From Eledone cirrhosa (taxonomy: Eukaryota): a stretch of DNA of 64,000 nt. Both the position numbers and the translations under genes were made by a program. Where the stretch lies: positions 2,480,001-2,544,000 of the forward strand of contig OZ024758.1 of the NCBI GenBank assembly GCA_964016885.1, read 5' to 3'. The notes under the pieces are model-generated. The model was not told the DNA's origin. It did not search any database and was given only the letters and a program-made list of their open reading frames with translations. This document shows positions 11,005-23,390 of this stretch, one piece after another; within the stretch, counting starts at the first letter, position 1; each line of letters starts with the position of its first letter.

Positions 11005-14000
11005 CTGAAAAAACCAGAAACAAAAGTTCAGTTTGCTAATGAAGTAGATATTTTCAGAAAATGATAAGTAAACATGTGGCTGACCTACTAAAAATAGCAG
11101 TCAAATATCCCATCATAATATAATGTAGTGCCAGATACACTGTATTTGATAAGAGTTCAATATGGAAGATCTAAAACTAAAGAACATTTTATACGACTTA
11201 TTTACAGAGTGGAAGAGAAAAAAATTGTGTTTTCAGCATAGAGTCAAAAGAAGACAATATTCATTAAGGAATCGGATTTGGTGTTGTGCTTCAACTACAT
11301 GTATTGTACAAAAACAAGGTTATTACTAGAAACCCTTTTACTGTTAGTGCCAAGATTATGAATTGCTTGTAACATGTCTCAAATACATTCCACTCTGAAA
11401 TTAGGGTTAGATTGTAGAGAAATACTGAAATAGAAGAGTAAATCAAATTGTTGTCCCTACCTTCACCACACTGGCGAATATCCCAGACTTTCATGTTACC
11501 GTGACCCCCAAAAGCAAAGACAAACGGTGAATCTGGACATGGTAATGCACACATGATCTCTCCCTGTAACAGATAAGAAACTTACTGAAATTATATTAAA
11601 AAAAAAAAACAACCACCTTATTTCATAACAGACTTGACAAAATACTTAAATTGAGACAGTTGCTTCTGACAGGACCCACTGGAGCAGAGGACTCAGCCCA
11701 ACGACCCTCTCAGGAATAAGCGGGTGAAGATGATGATTAATATGTTTGTTTGGGTTAATGAAAGAGTCACTGATACATAAGATCCTGTCCCAAAAAATGG
11801 CAAGAACAAAATATATACTTGGTTTGCCTTTTCTATTGTTTAAGTTTCATGTGAAAGTACGTGGCCCAAGTGTTTAGGATGTTGGACTTGCAAAGTCATG
11901 AGTGATTCTTGAACCAAACAGCATGTTTCATTTTAAGATGACCCCTTATTAAAACATCCAACCTCATAAGAAGCCAGCTAAACCAGCATGGATGTGAGAT
12001 ATTTTTTAACATAGCAGCCTGAATTAATGTTTATCTCATGAGACACCAAGGCATTATTCTTCAATTCTCTCATGTGAAAAGCAGATCTATTTTCACTTAT
12101 CAACAGAAAGCTGTGTTTCTCAATAAGATTTACTGTAAAAACACTTACCAATTTCAAGTCTTTGGTGACCACATGTTTTGGTTTATTGTCTTTAACATCC
12201 CATACTTTAACTGTCTGATCAGATGAAGATGTAACCAGCATGTGTTCTAAACCTGAACTCAGAACAAGACCTGGATAAAATAGTTAAAATAAAATACAAC
12301 TTGAGAGACTAAAATAAAATGTAAATTTGTAACATATCTAAAGATGCAATGGTATTTGTTTTCAAGTTAATATACTGGTCTTATGAGATTAATAAGGTGA
12401 CAGAACACCTAGCTATTAGGTATTTTTATCAGACCAAGCCTGCATTAACAGAGGTCTTATGAGATTAATAAAAGAGACTGAACCCCTCCTGGCTATTAGG
12501 TACTTTTATAAGACCAAGCCTGTATTAACATACATCTTCATGGGTTTCTTCCTATTGTAACATCCTATGGATAACTGTAAAATCTCCCTAAAAACTCCCA
12601 TCTTAAAATAGTAAAACCAGGACACATTAGATAATGTAGTACTTAATATACATTTGAGCTGGTTATGTGATAAGGTCTGTACGACCAAATCTGATCTGAA
12701 GGTAAACTACAACCACTCATGCTGTGCTCACTTTCCCTGGTGTCTGTCTGTAACACACTGCCTCAAATGCCATCTAACCATCCCTCAGCAGCAGTTTTGG
12801 AGGGCCTGGACAGATATCTGTCTGTAAAGCATTGCCTCTAAAAGTCCCACCCAGTCTATGATGATAGAATGGGTAAATGAGAACAGATTCATTAGACAGG
12901 AATTTTCAACAATACACATTGAAATTTTCATAACCATATTACCAGGTGAAGTTGAAATAGACCCATCCAACCCACAATATAGAGATAATAATGATAGTAT
13001 TTTGAATATGTAAAAGTTGCATGGGAAAGTGCATAGCTGTGTTTGTGAGAGAGGAATAGATGGATAGATAGCAAGAGAGAAGAGAAAGTGATAGTTGAGA
13101 AGAGAAAGTGATAGTTGATAACAGTAAACAACTTACCAGAGACTGCAGCTGTGTGTGCAGATATCGTATAGACAGGCTTGTCATAACGAACATCAACATA
13201 ATAGACATTTCCTTTGTCAGTGCTGGCCTACACAATGGCAAGAATAAATATAGAGATATATCTTGTAATATGTTGTATATTATATAGAGAGAAATATATA
13301 TTGTAATATATCCCAGTGGGAGGAAGTCAGTAAGGGGAAATTAACCCTTTAGCATTTACATTACTCTATATTTACTATTGTATTCTCATGGTAATGGCTT
13401 TATTTCACGTAATTATCTCACATAATATCCAATCTACTTTTATTTATTTTGAGAACAATACCTTATCAGTATAAACGGCCAGTTATGGCTGGTTTGAACC
13501 GAAAGAGGTGAGAGAACGGCCGGTTTAAAGGGTTAAGGAAGACCTGGACAGAGGTAATGAGAGTTGATCTCAGACAGATGACGACAAAGGAAGGTTCATG
13601 CAAGCATGGAAAAACATGTACAATATGAATGACGATGCTCATTGTGTCCTCTAGGTTTTAAGATAAGTACCTTATTCTAAACAGCACCAGACAACAACTG
13701 TGACAAGTGAATCTTTATACAGTCATTTGACCTGCTAGAAATTATAGCCCAAACACTCAACCACTGACAACTAAATAAGCTTGTTCCAATATTTTGTAAT
13801 TAATTAATTAAAGTATTATCTTTATTATAAAATTGTTGGTCAATTTAAATGATGGGCTATGTAACGAGATCAGATTGAAGTGAGAAGGTGTCCAATATTA
13901 TTTAGTCTCAATATATTAATTAGAAAACAAGGAATCTTACATAAAAATAATAAGGATTGTAATGGTTCCAAACAACACGTTCTACTTCTGATTCAGGAAA

Positions 14001-17000
14001 CGACCAGGTTTTGTGGTTATATGCAGCATCCCGGCAGTCAAATAGACGTACAGTACTATAGGGGGAAAAGAAAATATATATATAGTACAGTACTATAGGA
14101 GGGAAAATATAAATATGGTACAGTGCTAGTGAAAAGAAAAAACATATATATATATATATACACGTATATATAAAAATAAGAAACACTAAAGTCTATACCC
14201 AATAATAACAACACTTATTAAAGTTATATATACACACAGTGTCCCACAAAAATATATACACACTTCAACAGCATTCTAATAAATATTGCCTCTACAGGTA
14301 ATCAAATTGTGAATACATTTTTTTGGCCACCCAGTATATATATATACACACACACATATGTGTGTGTATGTATGTATAATGGGTGTAGAGTGGAAGTAAG
14401 TTTTATATGAAACTGATGTCAGAAAGAAAGGTTTACCTATCATAAGAACCCGTTAATAAAGTCTGCTGCTCAGCAGGATGCCATTTCACACACTGCACCT
14501 ATAACAAAAACATGGATTATTTATCAAACTAAAAATTACATTTTTCTAAATCAAATATCAGAAGAAATAAACTTTATCCTCCACCAAACTATTATATTAT
14601 TAGTGGGACGATTATTGAAAAACTAGCTGGCTCCTGTGCTGTCAAAAATGATGGCTAATTGTAATATCTATACATAATATATAAAAAGAGATGTTTGTTT
14701 GTTTGTTTGGTTCCTTTGCACTCACACACACAAGTGATATAAACATAGAAACACAGCTGTGACAAATCTTAGAGACCCCTTCCTTCCTTGGTTGAAGTAA
14801 TCATCCCTTCCTTCCTTTAAGAGCACAACACTGAAATACTAAAGTTTGGTGTAAGAGGCAAATACATTCATAAAAAGATTACATCTGGCTAACAGATACA
14901 CTACAACTTTGGTCAACAGATGCACAACATCTGGCCAACAGATGTACTATACAATACATCTAGACAATACTAATTAAAGCAACAATAACAACAACATGCC
15001 TTTTCTTCATGTTTCCTGATGGACGATACAGCTTTAGCTTCTGCCAAATCCCACAATCCCACAGTAAAGTCAGCTGATGCACTAGCCAGGACATTCCTGT
15101 AAAATAAGTTGATCACATAAAAAATATATATTATAAGTCAATATATTTATCAATAAAAGTCGAATCGTGTCCGTCTGTGTGTCGGTCAACCGATGGAAGT
15201 CGGATGGTGAAAATTCTACGGCGGGAAAAACATCAAACAACATTTCAACTTGTGTATGTGTAAAAGGGAGGAAGGGGGCTGGTGAAACAATTACAGCAAA
15301 AACAGATGAGATGGTCCTGACTGGAATATATATATATAAACATACACAAATGCATATATATTTATATAAACACACACATATATAAACATACACAAATGCA
15401 TATATATTTATATAAACACACATATATAAATGTATATATATATATATATATATATACACATACATACACACATATAAATATATATACATACATACACACA
15501 CATTTATACATACATACATATATACACACACACACACATATATATATGGCTGTAGGTTACAGACCTGGTCTGTTGATTCCATGCTAAATCTAGAACTGCA
15601 TCAGAATGTCCCAGCACAGAACCTTTCTGGAAATAGAAATATATAAAAAATGTTATTTTAATAAAACTACCGCAATGAGTAAGAAAGAGAGATAAAGACC
15701 AACAGATTTTATTCTGTAGTCAGATATACAAGGTGTCCCAAAAGTCTACTACACCATTTTATATAACATCATCATCATCGCTAGCGGGTTTGTCCCATTT
15801 AGAGGCAAGTTGGGTCGGGTGACTGTGTCTCGCTCATATAGGAGAGTTTCTAGTTGGATGTCTTTCCTAACGCCAACCACATTTACAGTATCTGCTGGGT
15901 GTTTTTTGTCGTGACATCTACACGATCACTTTACAATGTGGACTGGGCACCTTTGACGTGTCATCAACACAACCACTTTACAGTGGGGCTTTGATGTTAT
16001 TTATTTTGAGAACAATACGTTAACATCAGTATGAGCAGCTGGTTATAGCTGGTTTGAACAGAAAGAGGTGAGAGAATTCTGCCGAGATACAGCCAGTTTA
16101 AATGCTAAAGAGTTAACCATCCAGAGAGGGCCTACAAAAACCACCAGTGCTGTTCCTACTCTAACTAAATTTAACCCATTTAAATCAGCCATATCCGGCC
16201 AGAATTCTCTCACCTCTTTCTGTTCAAACCAGCTGTAACCAGCCACTCATACTGATGTTAAGGTATTGTTCTCAAAATAAATAATATCAAAATCTCATAG
16301 ATACAATTCTATGTGATATGAAGTGAGATAAAGCCTTTACCATGTAAATATAGAGTAAGGTAAATGCTAAAGTGTTAAGGAGACCTATAACTAAATCATT
16401 TTAACCCGCCAGGGAGAACTTACAAAAGCCATGGGTGCTGCCCTCCTCAACTAAATTAAAAGAGTCTTGGAAAGAAAGAACTAAGATGGTTTCTAAAGAA
16501 ATAATTGAACTTACCTTTTTGTTTTTTTTCTTACTCTGCTTTGAACCGAGGGTTGAAACTGGTTCAAGACTGTCAATCAAGTCAACGTCCCAAATGTCAA
16601 TGGTTGGACTCATGGTACCAATGGCGACAAAATTACCTGTTGGTCAGAGAGATGATTATGATAACACTATGTTTGACTCATGGTACAAAGTGGGCACACA
16701 AGAAGACACATGTGGCACATCACAGGAAGACATGCGGCATACCATGTCAAAGCACGTGGCACAACACGGCAAGACCCATGTAGCACAACACGCCAAGACC
16801 CATGTAGCATAACACACCAAGACCCATGTGGCATAACACGTCAGGACACATGTGGCAGAGTAGATGAAGAGAAAGCTGATACTAACCTGTTTCTCCAGCT
16901 GGATCATAACCCAACCACTCTATAGAGAGAGGAAAGGCAGGCAGTATAACATCATGGTGAACAAATAGATTACTGTCGGGTTCATCATAGACTGGAGAGG

Positions 17001-20000
17001 AAACAAGAAATACACATTAATACAGGTATATATTTGTCACACTACATATATATATATACGCAAGACATAGGGGTGTATATATGTATTAACACAGGTATAT
17101 ATTTGTCACACTACATATATATATACGCAAGACATAGGGGTGTATATATGTATTAACACAGGTATATATTTGTCACACTACATATATATATACGCAAGAC
17201 ATAGGGGTGTATATATGTATTAACACAGGTATATATTTGTCACACTACATATATATATACGCAAGACATAGGGGTGTATATATGTATTAACACAGGTATA
17301 TATTTGTCACACTACATATATATATATATATATATATACGCAAGACATAGGGGTGTATATATGTATTAACACAGATATATGATATTTGTCACACTACATA
17401 TATATATATATATATACACAAAATATATGGGTGTATATGAGGTTTAGGTTAGAAAGTGCATCCAGTCATAGAAAACTTGTATAAATAATTCTTATCCTAA
17501 CTATGGAAAAAGTGGATACAAAATCGATTAAATATATATATATTATTAGTTTTATGTTTGATATAGTAGGAAAAGAGTTTCAGATGCTAGTCCTACATCA
17601 GAAAACAGAATGAGAAATTCACAAAGAAATAGAAAGATAGAGAAGATGTCCTTCATCAGAAAATAGAAAGATAGAGAAGATGGACATACAAGAACAGGAA
17701 GTTATCACAGAAACCTGAGGAGAATAAATTTGGAATATGAATATGAAAAACCATTATTAAATAGAATTACCGTAAATCTCTAATAAGCTGGCATCTTTTA
17801 TTGTTCGACCAACAGCAATGAGGTTGTCTGTTGGTTTTATCATCACATTTTCTTCATCACTGTCAGGCTTCAAATAGAGAGAAAAAATCAAATCACAAAA
17901 TTTCCTTCAATGAAACAACAGTTACAAATATAATTTTACACAATAACATTATTGTTTAATCTTTTAGCATCTACATTACTCAACATCTAAAGATGTTCAG
18001 CTTGTTTCTAAATATAATTGTTTCTCCTTTTGGTACAAGGCCAGCAATTACCCAGTACATTACTGGTACTTTATTTTATCGACCCCGTAAGGATGAAAGG
18101 GAAAGTTATAATAATGGCTGTTTGCCTTTTAATCCATCTAAAATATTACAACTATATTCTAACACTGACTGTTCACTAATCCCAGTACATTTCAAGCCTT
18201 TAGCATTTAAACTGGCCAGAATTCTCTCATCTCTTTCGCTTCAAGCCGGCTGTAACTGGCCACACATACCGATATTAAGGTATTATTCTCAAAATAAATA
18301 ATATCAAAAACGCAGAGATTCGATATGCGAGTTAAAGCCTTTACCATGAAAATACAATAGTATATATAGAGTAATGTAAATGGTAAAGGGTTAAACAGTA
18401 GTGCCTGTATTTACTTCTACTAACAAACCTAGAGTAGCCATAGCATGGACCAGCATTGCTGATCATGTATCACAGGTTGTATTGCTTCATGAGAGGTATG
18501 TTTCATGCAAAGACTTAGTAGTTAGATAATTAGATTTGCAATTGTGAGATCAATTCTTGGATTGGGTGATCCATTATGGCCTTGAGCAAGACATTTTATT
18601 TCACATTGCTCTTTCTGCCAGGAGTTGTGACTAGTAGATAGTATCAGCAAAGGAAAGACCAATTGCTGCTGGCACAGACCATCACTAATTTCCTTGGATT
18701 TCAGATTTTACCTCACACTATTCTATCTGTTAATGTAAAACTTCAATGAAGGTAAAAAAACCTACCTCATCATGATTGTTGATATAAGGATCTTCCTTAT
18801 TGTCAGCAAAATATACCAAGTTACCAATACCACTGTGGAAATTGATATCTGGGGGAAGAAATAATAAAAGTTGAACAAATAAGTGAAATATTTGATTTGA
18901 GAAAACAAAAAAAAAAAGACTAAGTAAACTATGAAAGTGAAGTCACTGGTTATAGGAAATTAATTCTATTGGTCCTAGTGAAACAAATAAGAGATCCTCT
19001 GATGAGAAATAGTCACTGGTTATAGGAAATTAATTCTATTAGTCCTAGTGAAACAAATAAGAGATCCTCTGATGAGAAATAGTCACTGGTTATAGCAAAT
19101 TAATTCTATTGGTCCTAGTGAAACAAATAAGAGATCCTCTGATGAGTCACTCCAACAGCTAAATAGAAAGAGAGGATAAATCTCCCTCAAATAACAGTAC
19201 TTTAACCCTTTACCGGCCGTGTCCGGCCAGAATTCTCTAACCTCTTTCTGTTCAAACTAACTGTAACTGGCCACTCATACTGATGTTAAGGTATTGTTCT
19301 CAAAATAAATTACATCGAAATCTCATAGATTCCATATTATGTGAAGTAAAGCCTTTACGATAAAAATACAATAGTATATATAGAGTAATGTAAATGCTAA
19401 AGGGTTAAATAAAGGAATGACACATTACATAATGTATTCCTACATAACCTTAAAAAGACATAAAATAGAGAAAAGGAAAGATAAAGATTTGAACATTTCA
19501 GTTCACTGACCTTCATCATCATAATCTTCCAGGCCATATTTATCAACAATGTCATCATCTACAAGATCCTCTTCCATTTTTCTCTTGCCTGTTGTTGGTT
19601 TTTGTTGTGAAAGTCCAGAGGAACTTGCTCTTGGTTCATCCTCTTCAGCTTTCTCTTTCTCTTCTTTAACTTCTTCCTCATCATCACTGTCGCTATCCAG
19701 TTCCTCATTTTCAATCTCTTCAAGAACTTCGATTTCTCTACAAGAACATTTTTCTATGGATTAGATACAGAGACCAAAGTTTTCTTAGGAAACATGTATA
19801 GCAGACTTAATCAAAACAAGTGTATTACTGGTACTATTTTATGTGCAGGCTGGCAATGTGGTTACAAACAATTCTCTGACTCCTCCCCCCCAACCCAACT
19901 AGCCATGTATATCTAAACAGCAATCTAGGGTGGGTAAAATTCCCGAGATCCATGGATGAGTTCTCTCCAGTGGCCTCTGTCCCTCATCATCGCTGCAATC

Positions 20001-21312
20001 AAAAGATTGTGGGTTTGATTCTCAGACCCGGTTGCTCCAGTTTACACAGCTGTAGAAATGAGTTTTGATGTTACTAGTGCCAAGCTGTATCGGTCATTGC
20101 CTTTCCCTTGGACATCATCGGAGGCTTGGAGAAGGGAGACTGGTATGCATGGGTGACTGCTGGTCTTCCACAAACAACCTTGCCTAGATTTGTGCCTTGG
20201 AGGGGAACTTACTAGGTGCAAATCATAAGATCATTCATGACCGAAAGGGGGTCATCAATGACACATCCAAGTCACCGATGACTCTCCACCGATTTAGGAG
20301 AGGGTGGTGGAGACAAACAAACATATACAATTGATCTGGTTATTTCAAAAACATTACAAAACATAACTTACTCTCTTGTTTCTCTGATAATCCTACGCAG
20401 TTCTTCTTTTTCAAGTTCAACCTAATAAAAGAAAATTTAGGAAGACATACAAATAGATATAATCTTACAATTAGCTACAAGGATACATACTATATTATTA
20501 ATATGTAGTTTTGTATTTCATCTGTACGGGGTCGATAAATAATATACCAGTAATACACTGGGGTCGATTTAATCAACTTTTCCTTCCCCCCAATTATCGG
20601 CCTTGTGTCTAAATGAGAAATTATTATTATTATTATTATTTTAGATAGAGCTGGCATTGTGGGACTTATTCGTGATCAGTTGTTGACCAGAGATCATGAT
20701 TCCAGTACATTCTGAGAATATCGCTTCCTCTAGTGTCGTCATAATGAAATGTCTAAGTTCCTTTAGTCCACATCGTAGAACTTATGTCTACCTTATATAT
20801 ATAACATGTGTACGATTACTTTGTTATATGGACTGTCTCAACATGATCACAGTTTCCTACAAATATGTTTTAATACATGGTATTGGTAATACACTAAAAC
20901 AACGAGGGGGATGTAAGCTAGAGACAATAGCTATAGGAGAGAAGTCAAGTAAACGTATATACAGAAAGAAAGAAAGCCATTATCGCAAAAGAAATACAAT
21001 ATATTGTATATACACCAAATACATATTCTATAGAATATGTACACAGGTGGAGGTATATATACAACATACCGTGTTTATTGTGCGATATATGGCTCTCTCT
21101 CTATATACATATATCTCTTTATTGGGTTATTATGACTCGAGATAAAGTCTATTGAGCCTGCTTATTGAGAAACACAACATTCTAAACATATTTGATTCAT
21201 TATTTGTAGACATATATATATGTAAATATATGTATTCACATACGCACATAGCGAAATGAACATTATGGATTTTAATAAACCCAAACCAAATGAATATCGC
21301 CTCTGATTTTTA

Positions 21313-21348
<36 letters not shown>

Positions 21349-22081
21349 ATCTTTCGTTTTAGGTACGTAAAATAAAACTTTGCGAATATGTTTAAATTTC
21401 ACTAAGTTTCGGTTTCCGTCAGTTTAAATATCATGGGTTAGGGTTAGGGTTAGGGTTAGAGTTAGGGTTAGGGTTATTATCCTCCGAGATTTCGCTTCTT
21501 TTGAAATAAATTTTGTTTTTCTGGATTTTTTTTATTTACGTACCTAAAACGAAAGATTACCATATATATATATATATATCGGGTGGACCTACAGTAACTG
21601 CACGTTCCTCTCCCTATATATATATACTAAAGGTACCCGTTTACGTGTGTTGTATTGAAGCGAATAACTATGTGTATACTCCAGGAGTTCATTTAACATT
21701 ACCTATTGAGTACGCTGAGATGTAACCGGTCCTAGCAGTGAAACCCATGCTAGTACCGTTAGAATGCGTTTAAAATATCGCAGCATTTTAAAAATGGAGA
21801 CAGGTGTAATAGTTAACTAAAGGAGCACTCAATACTGGGTGGGTCGAGTGTAGACATCTATTTTCTAAGTAGAAAAACGAAAGTGACTTCGAAGTTTGAA
21901 GTTTAATCAATTCGTAATTTATCTTCGGTTGACGAAATGGTAGGTGGAAACATTTTTTAGGAGTGACATGATCTACTTTAATTTATTTTAAATGAGAAAT
22001 AATAAGAAAGTGTCTTACTTTATCAGGTATATGTTTAGCAACTCCCCTCTTCACCCAAGCAAGGCACGGCACAACATTCAT
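10802..22081 (-). CDS. PWP1: Periodic tryptophan protein 1 homolog (WD40 ribosome-biogenesis factor), complete spliced CDS, 533 aa
   Basis: Exons 22081-22019, 20421-20372, 19737-19511, 18848-18766, 17867-17771, 16991-16887, 16636-16515, 15626-15565, 15096-15000, 14498-14437, 14055-13941, 13227-13137, 12270-12149, 11563-11461, 11004-10802 (1602 nt, phases consistent). Motifs: [91 protein letters not shown]. Confidence 0.96.
11461..11563 (-). CDS. PWP1: PWP1 coding exon 14 ([20 protein letters not shown]...KVWDI)
   Basis: ttacag| ... |gtaggg; CPD.PF..A.GG motif. Confidence 0.93.
12149..12270 (-). CDS. PWP1: PWP1 coding exon 13 ([25 protein letters not shown]...)
   Basis: atccag| ... |gtaagt; WD repeat. 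Confidence 0.93.
13137..13227 (-). CDS. PWP1: PWP1 coding exon 12 ([30 protein letters not shown])
   Basis: gtgtag| ... |gtaagt. Confidence 0.92.
13341..13536 (+). mobile_element. piggyBac-type MITE, TTAA-flanked
   Basis: ttaaccctttagcattta ... tttaaagggttaa; splits an RTE-like 3' fragment. Confidence 0.72.
13941..14055 (-). CDS. PWP1: PWP1 coding exon 11 (TVRLFDCRD...[16 protein letters not shown])
   Basis: ctatag| ... |gtaaga. Confidence 0.92.
14236..14335. mobile_element. ~100-bp Tc1/mariner-type MITE (relatives at ~37220-37339 and ~56774-56856)
   Basis: cagtgtcccacaaaaatatatacacactt ... aatacatttttttggccacccagta; TA-associated ends. Confidence 0.55.
14437..14498 (-). CDS. PWP1: PWP1 coding exon 10 ([20 protein letters not shown])
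   Basis: ttatag| ... |gtaaac. Confidence 0.92.
15000..15096 (-). CDS. PWP1: PWP1 coding exon 9 ([17 protein letters not shown]...KHEEK)
   Basis: ttacag| ... AAG|gcatgt (GC donor). Confidence 0.9.
15565..15626 (-). CDS. PWP1: PWP1 coding exon 8 ([20 protein letters not shown])
   Basis: ttccag| ... |gtctgt. Confidence 0.92.
16171..16378 (-). mobile_element. piggyBac-type MITE
   Basis: ttaaccc ... taaatgctaaagtgttaa; an opposite-orientation partial copy lies at ~15990-16117. Confidence 0.7.
16515..16636 (-). CDS. PWP1: PWP1 coding exon 7 ([30 protein letters not shown]...)
   Basis: caacag| ... |gtaagt. Confidence 0.93.
16700..16856. repeat. 24-bp minisatellite in PWP1 intron 6
   Basis: caagacccatgtagcacaacacg-like units. 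Confidence 0.8.
16887..16991 (-). CDS. PWP1: PWP1 coding exon 6 ([30 protein letters not shown])
   Basis: ctccag| ... |gttagt. Confidence 0.93.
17017..17420. repeat. ~62-64-bp minisatellite (x6) in PWP1 intron 5
   Basis: ttaacacaggtatatatttgtcacactaca(ta)n cgcaagacataggggtgtatatatgta. Confidence 0.88.
17771..17867 (-). CDS. PWP1: PWP1 coding exon 5 ([32 protein letters not shown])
   Basis: ttgaag| ... |gtaatt. Confidence 0.9.
18196..18394 (-). mobile_element. piggyBac-type MITE
   Basis: cctttagcatttaaa ... gtaaatggtaaagggttaa. Confidence 0.68.
18766..18848 (-). CDS. PWP1: PWP1 coding exon 4 ([22 protein letters not shown]...)
   Basis: ccccag| ... |gtaggt; conserved DPY motif. Confidence 0.88.
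18941..19150. repeat. 70-bp tandem repeat (x3) in PWP1 intron 3
   Basis: Units start at 18941, 19011, 19081. Confidence 0.9.
19202..19408 (-). mobile_element. piggyBac-type MITE
   Basis: ttaacccttta ... taaatgctaaagggttaa. Confidence 0.72.
19511..19737 (-). CDS. PWP1: PWP1 coding exon 3 (acidic region ...[11 protein letters not shown])
   Basis: ttgtag| ... |gtcagt. Confidence 0.88.
20372..20421 (-). CDS. PWP1: PWP1 coding exon 2 ([16 protein letters not shown])
   Basis: attag| ... |gtaagt. Confidence 0.88.
21345..21561. mobile_element. MITE with 27-bp TIRs and internal (GGGTTA)7 telomeric repeat, in (TA)n
   Basis: GGCAATCTTTCGTTTTAGGTACGTAAA ... TTTACGTACCTAAAACGAAAGATTACC; telomeric hexamers 21435-21476. 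Confidence 0.75.
22019..22081 (-). CDS. PWP1: PWP1 coding exon 1 ([21 protein letters not shown])
   Basis: ATG at 22081, donor gtaaga. Confidence 0.92.
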
Positions 22082-22116
22082 GGTAAAGACTCTATATTTT
22101 AATGTTAGATGTTTAC

Positions 22117-22122
22117 CACGTG
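22117..22122. promoter_or_regulatory. E-box CACGTG ~36 bp upstream of PWP1 ATG (candidate Myc/Max site)
   Basis: ccacgtgt at 22116-22123; TSS-proximal E-boxes typify animal ribosome-biogenesis genes. Confidence 0.45.
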
Positions 22123-23390
22123 TAGCGAGGAGACATCGAATTGAAAAGGAAAGACCGTAGTGCGCATGTGTTGAAGAGTTCTCTCCCCTTGCAATAGTTG
22201 TGTGTGTGTGTGTGTGTACAAGCCTGAACTTAATACTAACACTTTGTACTGCACTCTTCGTTATTGTTTTTGTTTTCTGTTTTAATACACACACACGTCT
22301 GTATGTCTATCTATATAACTTTTGTCTCTCAAGTCTGCTGTTTCATTTTAGTTGTTAGATTCTACAGAAAATGATTTTATTTATTATATATTGAGAAGAA
22401 AGAATGGGAAGTATAAATAAAATCTCCCCCCCCCCCCTCTCTCTCTCTATATATATATATATATTATAAGAACAGATTGAAGTTTAAGCAAAGAATGGCT
22501 GCTTTCACTCTTAACGGGATCTTCTGATTTTAGTCTTCACATTTATCATTACTATATTACCTACTGAATTACCTAAAACGATAACTTGTTATCCCATATA
22601 TATATATATGCATGTATGTGATATACATAATATATACATATGTTTATGTATTCGAATCGAACATGCTTCTCTCGATTTATAACGTAAGAGTAATTCAACA
22701 ACGAACCGCTGATGATTGAGAGAGAAACTGGACTTTCGAAGGTAAATGCGTGTGTGCAGATATTTGGTTCAAATGTAGTCAAGGGGAGATAAGCAGTGTG
22801 TCTTAAGTAGGCAACTGTCGTCTGTTAAGTGGTACTGAACCAGTTTAAAACTCCTTTAAACTAATAATAACATACATTTACAGCAATTATATGAATTAGA
22901 AAAGCTGGAATATTAATAGAAGATGGTAAGAGACTCGATGGTTTTACTATTTACCCTTGTGTTAGAGGTAGAAGCCCCATATAACACACCACTGTCAACG
23001 ACTCTTTTGTCTTCCCGCATGTGAGTTTAACAGAATATACTACTGAAATAAAATGTTTTATAAAACTATCACAGAATTATAATTATTTTTACCTATATAA
23101 AATTACTTGATGTTACCCGCAGTAAGAAATATAAAATGTAAAATGTACTATGTATGTAAATATATAATTATTGCCAGGGAAGGTAACTCTAATGAGTTAC
23201 TTCCCTTGAAAATATTTTACGAAAGTCTACTCCCTTCGTTTCTTTATTTATTTGATGATTAAATCAACCAACAGTTGATACCTTGCGGTGTTGAAGTAAA
23301 GTATTACAGTTAAACCGAAGTCAACCGGTGGTCCCTCCTTACCACCACCTGCATCAACGCTGAGCTCAAAGGATTTTTAACTTTTGAAAC

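Noticed and set aside
20696-21145. 149-aa ORF antisense in PWP1 intron 1
   Set aside because: No recognisable domain; AT-rich repeat-like context.
21435-21476. True telomere or chromosome-fusion site
   Set aside because: Only seven units, enclosed by MITE TIRs within an intron.
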